Below are positions 39,101-52,700 of a stretch of DNA of 64,000 nt, piece by piece. The notes beneath the pieces were generated by a model. The model did not search any database. It was not told the origin of the DNA and saw only the letters and a program-made list of their open reading frames with translations. This stretch comes from Balanoglossus misakiensis (lineage: Eukaryota; Animalia; Hemichordata): the NCBI GenBank assembly GCA_040954595.2, contig CM082595.2, forward strand, positions 1,364,535 to 1,428,534. The letters run 5' to 3'. Position numbers and translations under genes: made by a program. Within the stretch, counting starts at the first letter, position 1; every line of letters begins with the position of its first letter.

Positions 39101-42100
39101 CCTGCTGAATGTGTTGTTGTGGAAGCAGAAGACTGTGTCATACTTTGAGATGGCCTCTGTGTTCATTTTCAACACAACAAGACATGTTTTCTTGAAATCA
39201 AATTTACAATTATGACATTTTTCTGCCTCATATCCTCTTCATAGGAAACTAAACAAAAAGAGAAATGTTTACGCGCCTGGCTGTACTACAAAATAGACAG
39301 GAAAAGAAAACTTCACAAGAAATGCATCGCAGACAGACATGCAGATAATGGAATGTTAACAAGAGCGTTTATTGTTTGGAGACAGAGGGTAAGTTTAGGT
39401 TTGTCAGATCGTACTAAAATGAGTGCTAATTTTGTGACTACCACATTGCAATAATCACACTCATAGCTTCATTGATGGATGTCCATATCAAGATGATGAA
39501 GGAAAAGTTCCCCATAGAAACATTTCTGTCTTTGTAATCCTGATTATGGAACCAGATTTCATAACTAATATTGTCTTTGTTTATAATGTTAATATTTTTG
39601 ACATCATTTAAAACTTATACTTAGCATGTTTTGTTGTTTCTTTATATTCCACACAGCCTACTAACAATTTACAGAAATGTAATGTAAGCAACTGTGTTTA
39701 GTGAAACAGCATGTTATTTCTCAGTTTTGTATATTCCATTCCAGTTGTGTGTCATGTGTAGAAACTATTTCTCTTTCTCATTGTATATTTTCCATTGATA
39801 ACACCCCCTCCTTTTTAAGAAATCACTGTTTTCCCAGTACAAAGCATGTACATTAGCCTTGACTTTGGTGTTACTAGTTTTAAGTCACAGTGTGGTGTTG
39901 CCCAGTTTATCAATTCCCATGTGACATTAGTCAGAATATTCAGAAAGCAATGATGTCTTATAATAAATATTATTCACTGATTTGGTTTAGCGTTCACTGT
40001 TAGCAAGCATTTTTTATTGGCAGCGGTATTTTCCTGTGTTTGTTGGCTGCTGAGGTTATTGTTATTGTGGCTACATTTTACTACGTGTAGACTAGTGTCC
40101 ACTCCATACATGTGGCTACTGCATTGGTTGCTTGTTATTCTGCTTTTGTAGATCCCCACTAAGTCTCCAGTTCTGTCTAGTTGTTGGTTGATGTCGTGTC
40201 TCTGATGTAATTGTAGTCGAACAGTAATTCTTGGTTTTCCACGATATTAACATTTTTTGCCACAACTTTTTTCTCCGTACACAGACTGCAGAACGTCGCC
40301 AGATGATCGGGATCGTGGAAAACTGGCAAGATTATGTCTCTGAGAATGTGAGAATGGAAGGAACCGCTCGTAGAATGAGACACCAGATTGCAGCACGGAC
40401 TCTCAAAGAGTGTTTCTCTGTTTGGAAGATGAGACTGCAACAAATTGAGAAAGTCAAAGAGTATTATAACAGTGTTGTCATCAGAAAGTAAGTCACCATT
40501 TTACATGTACCAAGAGATTGCTACTAAGGAAATTACCATAAATGGACAATTTTATCACTGTAATTGAATCCCTATATAGTTCTCGAAGCCTATTATGATC
40601 ATGTAATATATAAAACAAGATTTATGACAGTGATAATTTGCATGTCTTCAACTCATTCTCATTCATCACTGTACTGTTGTTGTTTTTTACTTCAAAGGAG
40701 TTTAATTGGATGGTTAACTGTAGCCAAGCAACAAGCTGAAAGAAGAAAGAAGATGACTGACTTCCAAGAGATGAGATGCAAGAGAATGGTAAGCTCTCTA
40801 TTTATGACAGTGAATAGATTTGAAAACATTTAACCCTTTCGTCCCCAGTTCCCTCTTTTAGAGGTCCATACTTACCATAGAAAACAATGGGTTTGGACTG
40901 AACCATGGTGGTGAAAGGGTTAAAGGGTTTGAATGATTAGGCAACCTATAACGTAATTTTAGGTGGCACAGAAGTGTGAAAGTGTGACAAAGTGGAGCTT
41001 AATTGAAGGATAATATGGTCTAGCTGACAATGTCTTGATTTTTGTGCAGGCATTCTATCTATGGCAACTGAGACTGAAACAGAAAGAAGTTGTCCAGTGC
41101 AGATACCAAGACATCATGGAGAACAGACTGAGAGAAATCCTGCAACGATGGCATTACTGGGCAATACAGAATCACATGAGAAGCAGTCTATGCAGAGATC
41201 TCAGATCAGTGTTTGACATCAGACAATTGCAACAGAGTTGGAGAGTCTGGAGACAGGAGACACATCGAATTCAGAAGATGAAAGTTATCTATCAGACAAA
41301 TCTCATGTCAAAGTACGTGTTGTTATTTCAATTTTTATCTTTCAGGTTTCAACTGATACTGTAAAGCAGGAATTTTTCGTGACAGGAAATGTTCACGATA
41401 TCAACAGAGGCAACTATTTTTAAAAACATTCTGTTGTACACATTGGTCTTAAGCGACTATATGTATTTCTTCTTGCGCTTTTGGCTCTCGCAAAGTCCGC
41501 GCAAATTTCCCGTTTTCTGTATTTTTCCCCCAAGAGTTGGTTTGATTAAACAGCAACCTGTTTCTGCTCTTACTCCGCAGGTGTCTGTTGTCATGGCACC
41601 GAGAAGTTCAAAGGCGTAAAGAAAACAAGATCAAATGTGCAGAATTCAGGGAACAAAGAATGTGGCGTACTTTAACCACCGCATTTCATCGATGGTGTCA
41701 GACCCATGAGGACACTCAGCTAGCCAATGAATTCAGACAACACAGAGACACTGTCATGTTGAGAAAGACATTCTGTGATTGGAGGAATTTTACACTGGAG
41801 GAGAGAAGTTCCAGACACTTCTCCAATAATACTCTTCAGAAGGTAATGATAATAATTGATTTGTTTAAAGGCATCACACCTTCCCTACATGATTCAAGTT
41901 CCAAGAAGCATACATATATTCATGTGCATTATCGGACGGCCTATTAATCCACTCAGACCAACTGTTTTCCCGTTCATTTTTATTCTTCAGTGTTTCACAA
42001 CGTGGAAAGTCCACATAGCTAATCAGAAACGTCTGAAACGTAAATTGAAACGCGTAGTGGAACACTGGCGTTCGAAAACACAGAGAACGTTGCAACTTGA

Positions 42101-45069
42101 AGAGATTGGCAGAAGATACTATGTACAGTGTCAAGGCCTTCAACTGCAGTCGGCATTCAAGAAGTGGAGGGAGAATTATGAAAAGTCTCAACTGAGTCAG
42201 AAATTCTACAATCAAGAGTTACAGAGGAGGTAAGAACTTTGCGATAATGTGTTACAGGTAGAAGTTAGCAGTGCAATGGCACAGAATAACTTTTGATGAA
42301 GTTTTTCTGCCTGTTTATGTTGAAGACAGGTAGTCATCCAGTTTGTGGCTGAACGTAGAAGAGACACAGTTGCTTGAAAGTTTCTACAGACACGAAATGT
42401 GATTGTTTACTCTGTATATCATGCATCATTGCAAATAATGTTTTTTCTTTTACATCACATTCCTATGTTACTTGTTGGTTGGGGTCGCCCTCAACTTTGG
42501 AAAGAACACTGACCATGTGAATAACAAAAATCACGCATTCTTATTGTAGGTGTTTCAGAGGTTGGACGGAGGTGATAACGAGAAAGATTGAACTCCGAAA
42601 AATGATGATGAACTTCCGTGAGAAAGCATCAATACGACAGGTAAGTCAAGGCTCTTCACCTACACTTCACACTTCTGAAGTTTTGTTTAGGGAAGGAGGT
42701 TTTGATCTGAACAAGAAAACTAGTTTTTGATGAACTGATGTGACAATCTGAGATGGTCCCATATTTTTTGTCAGATGGCGAACATGTTCGATAGATGGAA
42801 GAATGAATACTTGTTGGCCGAGACACGTTCAGAGATGGTAGATCTTCACACTTTCAAACGAGACAGACGAATACTTCAGACGGTGATGGCTGAATGGAGA
42901 CAACAAACAAGGGAAAGCAAAGCGGATAGATATATTCAGATGAACTTGCTCAGAAAGGTAAAGACATTGTGATGCAGAGATGTGTATGAAAGTAGAATGT
43001 TGGCACTGAGAAAAGTTATGACTACATGACAAAATTAATGTCAGCAAGAAGAGTTCAAAAACATATTTCCTTTCATAACAAATGTTGTAACAATAGTAAA
43101 CCCCCAATATGTTCGTGTATTTTAATCATTTTTTTTCTTCCACCAAACTAGATGTGGTCAAGATGGCTGACTGCCTATGAGTATAACCAGAAAGCAGAAG
43201 TATTTGCACAAAACAAACAAACTGCAACAATGGTTTCTGTGATGACCTTCTGGTGTCAGTGGTCCAAAGGTAGGATTTTCACCATCAGTATCCAACATGT
43301 ACACCACATTGCCCTAACTGCATGGTTTCATACAAGGATTGTTCATGACTGATTCACTCTGTCTCTGTCACTATGTGTGTGTCATTCTGTGTCTCTGTTT
43401 GTTAGTCTGTCTATCTGTCTATCTATCTGTCTGTCTGTCTGCCTGTCTGTCTGTTTATCTGTCTCTCTCTAAAAACTAAAACCTGTGTATTTAAACAATC
43501 TAGGAAACAAGAAAAGAAGAGAGAGATTTGAAACAATGGAGAGAACACGACATAGAGAGACACTTCACAAAGTCTTCCTTTACTGGAAAATGGAAACGGA
43601 GAAGAAACAGCGAGCTGACAAACATTATCTGATGAAACTACAACAGAGAATGATCTGTGACTGGGCTAAAGCTGTGAATAAGAAGAAACGATTAGCTGTG
43701 ACGGAGAAACTTGTTAGGATGAAACGAGAACGAAGACTTTTACGGGAGAGGTTCACAGCATGGAAGAAGGAATGCGACTACAGAATAAGAATCAGGAAAC
43801 TGGTGGATGGTGCATTGGAGAGAAGAAAACTCAAACAGATGCACAAGTGTTTTCTGTACTGGAGGAAAGAAACCTTGGAAGAGAAGGCGCTGAGACATTA
43901 CAGATACCTGGTGGAGAAACTTGTCGTCAATAAATGGAAAGCGTTCACAAAGAAACGAAAAGACGAACATCAACATGAAAGAGACATGGAAGTTCTTGCT
44001 GACTATCATCACCAAAAGAAATTAAGGTAAGAGCAAATTTTTTAAGTATATTACTTACAATCTTTTTGTCAAATTTAGTGTGGGATTATGCCATGTTGTG
44101 TGTTTGTTGTTTCAGTAAGAAGATTCTGTTGTCATGGCACCAAGAGGTCAAAATGATGAAGTTTGTGAAATCCAAACAGAAGAAAAAACTGCAGGAATCT
44201 TGGACTGTTTGGAAATCCTCTGCTGACAGACTATTTACAGCCAAACAAATTGTATGTCATTCTTCTACAAATTTGCATCAATATAAATAAGTGCAACCTT
44301 TAACAAATGATACAATGATGTTGATCTTTGATAGAATGTGACAATTGTCAATAAGATATTTTTGTTTAACAATGAAATGTGGATGACAATTTTTAGTCTA
44401 ATTTCCTCACTCAGGCAAATCACAAGATCTATAACTTGGCTTGGAGCAAATGGAGAAAGGTTTTCATTCAAGTCAGAGTAGCTAAAGCAATGACCTCACA
44501 AGACAACAAACAACTACGGTCAGAGGTAAGTTATGCGACAAAACAACAAGCTAAGAAACCATTTTCACAGTTTTAAACAAACATGGCTTGTTCCTGGAAG
44601 TTTTTTCTATCGAGTATTGCAAACACATAAATACTTTATACATGTTGTTAGTCAGTTACGAAGTGTCTAGGTTCTGTTGATTTGTGAATAAAATTACATA
44701 CTTTCAATAAGAAAATATTCATCTAATGAATTTTTGAAATTTTATGAAGTATTCAGTCCTTAAAATCATATAATTTTGACAAAGTTTATGCTACACCCCG
44801 AGAGACAAATATGCAAAAATCAGTCTTGCTGACTTTCATGTTTATGTCTTACACAGGCTTTCAATGGTTGGCGTCAGTACACATCAGTCCATCACCTTGG
44901 CAACCAAGTAGCAGAAATACATCAACACAGACAACTTAAAGTGACCTTTGACCTGTGGAGAGAGAGATACAATAGTCACAGCGCATGTAACACTATGACA
45001 AGTTATTCAAGTGCCCCGGGGAATCTGTCATCATCATCGAGTGAAACGTCATCAGTCACATGGAATTAG
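27135..45069 (+). CDS. Giant Sfi1-repeat (centrin-binding-type) protein, SFI1/C1orf167/CCDC191-like, with a long disordered Ser/Arg/Tyr-rich N-terminus
   Basis: 29 phase-consistent exons: 27135-27282, 27435-29980, 30216-30313, 33415-33657, 33821-34040, 34692-34891, 34989-35165, 35443-35634, 35786-36016, 36212-36444, 36673-36859, 36987-37091, 37299-37524, 37704-37879, 38007-38424, 38797-39003, 39245-39388, 40285-40487, 40698-40788, 41050-41312, 41581-41842, 41991-42229, 42550-42640, 42775-42957, 43152-43269, 43504-44026, 44116-44251, 44415-44525, 44857-45069 (TAG). Dozens of helical A-x7-LL-x3-(F/L)-x2-W(K/R)-type repeats, e.g. LLSLTFNGWKR, LQQSFEKWRQ, MLRKTFCDWRN, LLRERFTAWKK. Confidence 0.85.
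33026..33118. mobile_element. ~93-bp piggyBac-type MITE
   Basis: CTAACCCTTTCATCACCATGGTTTGGTCCAA...GGGGGTGGGAGGGTTAA; homologous to the copies at 37530 and 40830. Confidence 0.7.
36108..36186. mobile_element. Fragment of a Tc1/mariner/pogo-type MITE (right end)
   Basis: Ends in ACAGGCTTGACTGTA (reverse complement TACAGTCAAGCCTGT, a TA-CAGT terminus), with internal GGCCACTA/GCCACTA subrepeats. Only one end is seen. Confidence 0.35.
36461..36510. mobile_element. Partial TTAA-CCCT MITE (right half)
   Basis: ATGGTAAGGTTGGACCTCTAAAAAGGGAACTGGGGGTGAAAGGGTTA matches the right half of the 37530-37622 copy. Confidence 0.6.
37530..37622. mobile_element. ~93-bp piggyBac-type MITE flanked by TTAA
   Basis: TTAACCCTTTCTAC...GGTGGAAGGGTTAA: terminal inverted repeats with TTAA at both ends. 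Confidence 0.75.
40830..40923. mobile_element. ~93-bp piggyBac-type MITE, opposite orientation
   Basis: TTAACCCTTTCGTCCCCAGTTCCC...AACCATGGTGGTGAAAGGGTTAA is a near reverse complement of the 37530 copy. Confidence 0.75.
41357..41521. mobile_element. Degenerate MITE with TACTGTAAA-type termini
   Basis: Left end TACTGTAAAGCAGGAATTTTTCG; right end CGCGCAAATTTCCCGTTTTCTGTA. These form an imperfect inverted repeat. Confidence 0.4.
43405..43470. repeat. (TCTG/TCTA)n tetranucleotide microsatellite
   Basis: Directly visible in an intron. Confidence 0.85.
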
Positions 45070-46590
45070 CAACTGCCCGCACAAGAACAAGCCACTTAAT
45101 AATAAAAGTTATTTCCAGCATCCAAGTCATGCCATCAAATGACAACTTTTGTATTATCAAATTCAAAATGTTGTTGGCTAAGGATAGGGAGAAGATTTGA
45201 ATTTTATATGCATACAAATAAGCTTGCAGTGGCAGTTGATAGAGTTTTAACTAATAGTGTTTGTAAAATTACAAATTAAGATCTCTCCGTCCAAATACTT
45301 GACTAATCTAAAGCTCAGTAATGATGAGAGCCATACTATTACTCAGTTTAAGTTTTGTATGTGTTTATTATTGTTGTTTATTATTGTGTGTTCATTAAAC
45401 AGAGTTCCAACTAAGTTATGAAATTGGATTGCTTAATTTTTAATCATTTTTATAGTGAAATGCATATAATTTAACTGATCTTTTATACTCTATCAAATTA
45501 TCATTATACATTTTTTGTTAAATGAATTTTGTATAGACATTAAAGAAAACACCGCGAAAATGTTGAACTTTTAAACATTTTGACATCATGCATTTGACGA
45601 ATATGTACTTAGATCTGATGAAACTTTGTTTATTTCATAGTGTAGGTTTATAAAGACCAGGTGGCTTAATTACATAATATCCAATTACTTAATGTAAATT
45701 TGTATATTGTATTTTATCTGTCTACTTTATATCAAGACTTCATTTGAACAATACTCTATGTTGCAGCAGATATCTATTCTACTCAGTTCTTTAGATTCTC
45801 ATTTCCATTTCCCATACCATCCAAATTTGTCCCTAGCCAAGAATCTGTTTTTACATTGAATGCAAATTTTAATAAGGTTTTCTTGTTTTCTTTCATAAAT
45901 CAGATTATTACTGATAAGATGTGTTGAATTTCTTGCCAAACTTTGTGTCATCTAATTTTGTTTTTTAAAGCATTTTGTAGGAAGAAACTTAAAACTGTTG
46001 ATGCACAGAACAAATTTAAGGAAATAACAGACAATAATTACAGCTGAAGTTGACTTTCTCCTATTGCAAAGTATAATATTAATGGATCATGTTGCTTAGC
46101 AACATACATATCCCAGTGATGGTTTCAGTTTTGAAATGGAGGAAGAAGAAAATAGAAAATGAAAAGTATTTTCCAAAACTGAGGGTTTTGTAAATGACTC
46201 AAGCTGTGTGTGTAAGATTGAAAACCTTTTAACATGTATATTTTTTTTGGCAGTAATCTTCTGCCATTGTTTTCGCACACAATGGCCTGAACTTTATAAT
46301 TATCCCATAATTAATAATTCAGTTGATTCAAAATGTGTCCTGGTATGTTTAAAATTATTTACAGAATTAGGGTGAGGCAGAAATCGATATTTTCTTTAAG
46401 AACATGAGTTCCTTAGTGTTTAATTATGATTATAGAAATCAACATCACCATCGGACATCATTTTAATATTGGGTCATAAGTTATAGGTCATGCAGTGTAA
46501 ATAGCAAGAAAAGTGTCGCCTATTCTTCATTGATGGAGATTATTATTGTATAGCATTTGCCATGTTATGTAATGCTTTATTCTTTTGTGA

Positions 46591-46596
46591 AATAAA
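46591..46596 (+). terminator. Candidate distal polyadenylation signal of the Sfi1-repeat gene (a proximal AATAAA lies at 45101)
   Basis: AATAAA at the end of ~1.5 kb of AT-rich, 3'UTR-like sequence, followed by T-rich tracts. Confidence 0.4.
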
Positions 46597-46704
46597 GTTA
46601 ATTAATCTATAATACTAATGGGCTTCTTCTAATTTTTTCTTATGTGCAACCAATAACTTCTGCCGGAAGGGCCTAATTTTCATTTTGTCGCGAAATTTTG
46701 AGAT

Positions 46705-49700
46705 TTCGCAAAGTCGAAAAATTGTCATTTCTGGGTGATTTTCATGAGCTATAACCCATGGTTTTTCTCAAAAAATTACCAAATTTCGAAAATCCGCAAA
46801 GTCGAAAAATTGTCATTTCTGGGTGATTTCATGAGCTATAACCCATGGTTTTTCTCAAAAAATCACCAAATTTCGAAAATCCGCAAAGTCGAAAAATTGT
46901 CATTTCTGGGTGATTTTCATGAGCTATAACCCATGGTTTTTCTCAAAAAATCACCAAATTTCGAAAATCCGCAAAGTCGAAAAATTGTCATTTCTGGGTG
47001 ATTTTCATGAGCTATAACCCATGGTTTTTCTCAAAAAATCACCAAATTTCGAAAATCCGCAAAGTCGAAAAATTGTCATTTCTGGGTGATTTTCATGAGC
47101 TATAACCCATGGTTTTTCTCAAAAAATCACCAAATTTCGAAAATCCGCAAAGTCGAAAAATTGTCATTTCTGGGTGATTTCATGAGCTATAACCCATGGT
47201 TTTTCTCAAAAAATCACCAAATTTCGAAAATCCGCAAAGTCGAAAAATTGTCATTTCTGGGTGATTTCATGAGCTATAACCCATGGTTTTTCTCCAAAAA
47301 TCACCAAATTTCGAAAATCCGCAAAGTCGAAAAATTGTCATTTCTGAGTGATTTCATGAGCTATAACCCATCGAAAATCCGCAAAGTCGAAAAATTGTCA
47401 TTTCTGGGTGATTTCATGAGCTATAACCCATGATTTTTCTCGAAAAATCACCAAATTTCGAAAATCCGCAAAGTCGAAAAATTGTCATTTCTGGGTGATT
47501 TCATGAGCTATAACCCATGATTTTTCTCGAAAAATCACCAAATTTCGAAAATCCGCAAAGTCGAAAAATTGTCATTTCTGGGTGATTTCATGAGCTATAA
47601 CCCATGATTTTTCTCGAAAAATCACCAAATTTCGAAAATCCGCAAAGTCGAAAAATTGTCATTTCTGGGTGATTTCATGAGCTATAACCCATGATTTTTC
47701 TCGAAAAATCACCAAATTTCGAAAATCCGCAAAGTCGAAAAATTGTCATTTCTGGGTGATTTCATGAGCTATAACCCATGATTTTTCTCGAAAAATCACC
47801 AAATTTCGAAAATCCGCAAAGTCGAAAAATTGTCATTTCTGGGTGATTTCATGAGCTATAACCCATGATTTTTCTCGAAAAATCACCAAATTTCGAAAAT
47901 CCGCAAAGTCGAAAAATTGTCATTTCTGGGTGATTTCATGAGCTATAACCCATGATTTTTCTCGAAAAATCACCAAATTTCGAAAATCCGCAAAGTCGAA
48001 AAATTGTCATTTCTGGGTGATTTCATGAGCTATAACCCATGATTTTTCTCGAAAAATCACCAAATTTCGAAAATCCGCAAAGTCGAAAAATTGTCTTTTC
48101 TGAGTGATTTCATGAGCTATAACCCATGATTTTTCTCGAAAAATCACCAAATTTCGAAAATCCGCAAAGTCGAAAAATTGTCATTTCTGGGTGATTTCAT
48201 GAGCTATAACCCATGATTTTTCTCGAAAAATCACCAAATTTCGAAAATCCGCAAAGTCGAAAAATTGTCATTTCTGAGTGATTTCATGAGCTATAACCCA
48301 TGATTTTTCTCGAAAAATCACCAAATTTCGAAAATCCGCAAAGTCGAAAAATTGTCATTTCTGAGTGATTTCATGAGCTATAACCCATGATTTTTCTCGA
48401 AAAATCACCAAATTTCGAAAATCCGCAAAGTCGAAAAATTGTCATTTCTGAGTGATTTCATGAGCTATAACCCATGATTTTTCTCGAAAAATCACCAAAT
48501 TTCGAAAATCCGCAAAGTCGAAAAATTGTCATTTCTGGGTGATTTCATGAGCTATAACCCATGATTTTTCTCGAAAAATCACCAAATTTCGAAAATCCGC
48601 AAAGTCGAAAAATTGTCATTTCTGAGTGATTTCATGAGCTATAACCCATGATTTTTCTCGAAAAATCACCAAATTTCGAAAATCCGCAAAGTCGAAAAAT
48701 TGTCATTTCTGATTGATTTCATGAGCTATAACCCATGGTTTTTCTCGAAAAATCACCAAATTTCGAAAATCCGCAAAGTCGAAAAATTGTCATTTCTGGG
48801 TGATTTCATGAACTATAACCCATGGTTTTTCTCGAAAAATCACCAAATTTCGAAAATCCGCAAAGTCGAAAAATTGTCATTTCTGAGTGATTTCATGAGC
48901 TATAACCCATGATTTTTCTCGAAAAATCACCAAATTTCGAAAATCCGCAAAGTCGAAAAATTGTCATTTCTGGGTGATTTCATGAGCTATAACCCATGAT
49001 TTTTCTCGAAAAATCACCAAATTTCGAAAATCCGCAAAGTCGAAAAATTGTCATTTCTGAGTGATTTCATGAGGTATAACCCATGATTTTTCTCGAAAAA
49101 TCACCAAATTTCGAAAATCCGCAAAGTCGAAAAATTGTCATTTCTGGGTGATATCATGAGCTATAACCCATGATTTTTCTCGAAAAATCACCAAATTTCG
49201 AAAATCCGCAAAGTCGAAAAATTGTCATTTCTGGGTGATATCATGAGCTATAACCCATGATTTTTCTCGAAAAATCACCAAATTTCGAAAATCCGCAAAG
49301 TCGAAAAATTGTCATTTCTGGGTGATTTCATGAGCTATAACCCATGATTTTTCTCGAAAAATCACCAAATTTCGAAAATCCGCAAAGTCGAAAAATTGTC
49401 ATTTCTGGGTGATTTCATGAGCTATAACCCATGATTTTTCTCGAAAAATCACCAAATTTCGAAAATCCGCAAAGTCGAAAAATTGTCATTTCTGGGTGAT
49501 TTCATGAGCTATAACCCATGATTTTTCTCGAAAAATCACCAAATTTCGAAAATCCGCAAAGTCGAAAAATTGTCATTTCTGGGTGATTTCATGAGCTATA
49601 ACCCATGATTTTTCTCGAAAAATCACCAAATTTCGAAAATCCGCAAAGTCGAAAAATTGTCATTTCTGGGTGATTTCATGAGCTATAACCCATGATTTTT

Positions 49701-52700
49701 CTCGAAAAATCACCAAATTTCGAAAATCCGCAAAGTCGAAAAATTGTCATTTCTGGGTGATTTCATGAGCTATAACCCATGATTTTTCTCGAAAAATCAC
49801 CAAATTTCGAAAATCCGCAAAGTCGAAAAATTGTCATTTCTGGGTGATTTCATGAGCTATAACCCATGATTTTTCTCGAAAAATCACCAAATTTCGAAAA
49901 TCTACAAAGTCGAAAAATTGTCATTTCTGGGTGATTTCATGAGCTATAACCCATGATTTTTCTCGAAAAATCACCAAATTTCGAAAATCCGCAAAGTCGA
50001 AAAATTGTCATTTCTGAGTGATTTCATGAGCTATAACCCATGATTTTTCTCGAAAAATCACCAAATTTCGAAAATCCGCAAAGTCGAAAAATTGTCATTT
50101 CTGGGTGATTTCATGAGCTATAACCCATGATTTTTCTCGAAAAATCACCAAATTTCGAAAATCCGCAAAGTCGAAAAATTGTCATTTCTGAGTGATTTCA
50201 TGAGCTATAACCCATGATTTTTCTCGAAAAATCACCAAATTTCGAAAATCCGCAAAGTCGAAAAATTGTCATTTCTGGGTGATTTCATGAGCTATAACCC
50301 ATGATTTTTCTCGAAAAATCACCAAATTTCGAAAATCCGCAAAGTCGAAAAATTGTCATTTCTGAGTGATTTCATGAGCTATAACCCATGGTTTTTCTCG
50401 AAAAATCACCAAATTTCGAAAATCCGCAAAGTCGAAAAATTGTCATTTCTGGGTGATTTCATGAGCTATAACCCATGGTTTTTCTCAAAAAATCACCAAA
50501 TTTCGAAAATCCGCAAAGTCGAAAAATTGTCATTTCTGAGTGATTTCATGAGCTATAACCCATGATTTTTCTCGAAAAATCACCAAATTTCGAAAATCCG
50601 CAAAGTCGAAAAATTGTCATTTCTGGGTGATTTCATGAGCTATAACCCATGATTTTTCTCGAAAAATCACCAAATTTCGAAAATCCGCAAAGTCGAAAAA
50701 TTGTCATTTCTGAGTGATTTCATGAGCTATAACCCATGATTTTTCTCGAAAAATCACCAAATTTCGAAAATCCGCAAAGTCGAAAAATTGTCATTTCTGG
50801 GTGATTTCATGAGCTATAACCCATGGTTTTTCTCGAAAAATCACCAAATTTCGAAAATCCGCAAAGTCGAAAAATTGTCATTTCTGGGTGATTTCATGAG
50901 CTATAACCCATGATTTTTCTCGAAAAATCACCAAATTTCGAAAATCCGCAAAGTCGAAAAATTGTCATTTCTGGGTGATTTCATGAGCTATAACCCATGA
51001 TTTTTCTCGAAAAATCACCAAATTTCGAAAATCCGCAAAGTCGAAAAATTGTCATTTCTGGGTGATTTCATGAGCTATAACCCATGATTTTTCTCGAAAA
51101 ATCACCAAATTTCGAAAATCCGCAAAGTCGAAAAATTGTCATTTCTGGGTGATTTCATGAGCTATAACCCATGATTTTTCTCGAAAAATCACCAAATTTC
51201 GAAAATCCGCAAAGTCGAAAAATTGTCATTTCTGGGTGATTTCATGAGCTATAACCCATGATTTTTCTCGAAAAATCACCAAATTTCGAAAATCCGCAAA
51301 GTCGAAAAATTGTCATTTCTGAGTGATTTCATGAGCTATAACCCATGATTTTTCTCGAAAAATCACCAAATTTCGAAAATCCGCAAAGTCGAAAAATTGT
51401 CATTTCTGAGTGATTTCATGAGCTATAACCCATGATTTTTCTCGAAAAATCACCAAATTTCGAAAATCCGCAAAGTCGAAAAATTGTCATTTCTGGGTGA
51501 TTTCATGAGCTATAACCCATGATTTTTCTCGAAAAATCACCAAATTTCGAAAATCCGCAAAGTCGAAAAATTGTCATTTCTGGGTGATTTCATGAGCTAT
51601 AACCCATGATTTTTCTCGAAGAGATGTGTATCACCAAATTTCGAAAATCCGCAAAGTCGAAAAATTGTCATTTCTGGGTGATTTCATGAGCTATAACCCA
51701 TGATTTTTCTCGAAAAATCACCAAATTTCGAAAATCCGCAAAGTCGAAAAATTGTCATTTCTGAGTGATTTCATGAGCTATAACCCATGATTTTTCTCGA
51801 AAAATCACCAAATTTCGAAAATCCGCAAAGTCGAAAAATTGTCATTTCTGAGTGATTTCATGAGCTATAACCCCATGATTTTTCTCGAAAAATCACCAAA
51901 TTTCGAAAATCCGCAAAGTCGAAAAATTGTCATTTCTGAGTGATTTCATGAGCTATAACCCATGATTTTTCTCGAAAAATCACCAAATTTCGAAAATCCG
52001 CAAAGTCGAAAAATTGTCATTTCTGAGTGATTTCATGAGCTATAACCCATGATTTTTTCACCAAATTTCGAAAATCCGCAAAGTCGAAAAATTGTCATTT
52101 CTGGGTGATTTCATGAGCTATAACCCATGATTTTTCTCGAAAAATCACCAAATTTCGAAAATCCGCAAAGTCGAAAAATTGTCATTTCTGAGTGATTTCA
52201 TGAGCTATAACCCATGATTTTTCTCGAAAAATCACCAAATTTCGAAAATCCGCAAAGTCGAAAAATTGTCATTTCTGGGTGATTTCATGAGCTATAACCC
52301 ATGATTTTTCTCGAAAAATCACCAAATTTCGAAAATCCGCAAAGTCGAAAAATTGTCATTTCTGGGTGATTTCATGAGCTATAACCCATGATTTTTCTCG
52401 AAAAATCACCAAATTTCGAAAATCCGCAAAGTCGAAAAATTGTCATTTCTGAGTGATTTCATGAGCTATAACCCATGATTTTTCTCGAAAAATCACCAAA
52501 TTTCGAAAATCCGCAAAGTCGAAAAATTGTCATTTCTGAGTGATTTCATGAGCTATAACCCATGATTTTTCTCGAAAAATCACCAAATTTCGAAAATCCG
52601 CAAAGTCGAAAAATTGTCATTTCTGGGTGATTTCATGAGCTATAACCCATGATTTTTCTCGAAAAATCACCAAATTTCGAAAATCCGCAAAGTCGAAAAA

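Noticed and set aside
42975-42995. AGATGTGTAT match to the Tn5 mosaic end in an intron
   Set aside because: A 10-bp match in ordinary intron sequence with no disruption of context; compatible with chance.
27581-44015. Minus-strand and off-frame ORFs overlapping exons of the Sfi1-repeat gene
   Set aside because: They are antisense or alternate-frame shadows of coding exons with no independent support.
27135-45069. Assigning the symbol SFI1
   Set aside because: The repeat class is clear, but orthology among SFI1, C1orf167 and CCDC191-like genes cannot be resolved without a phylogeny.
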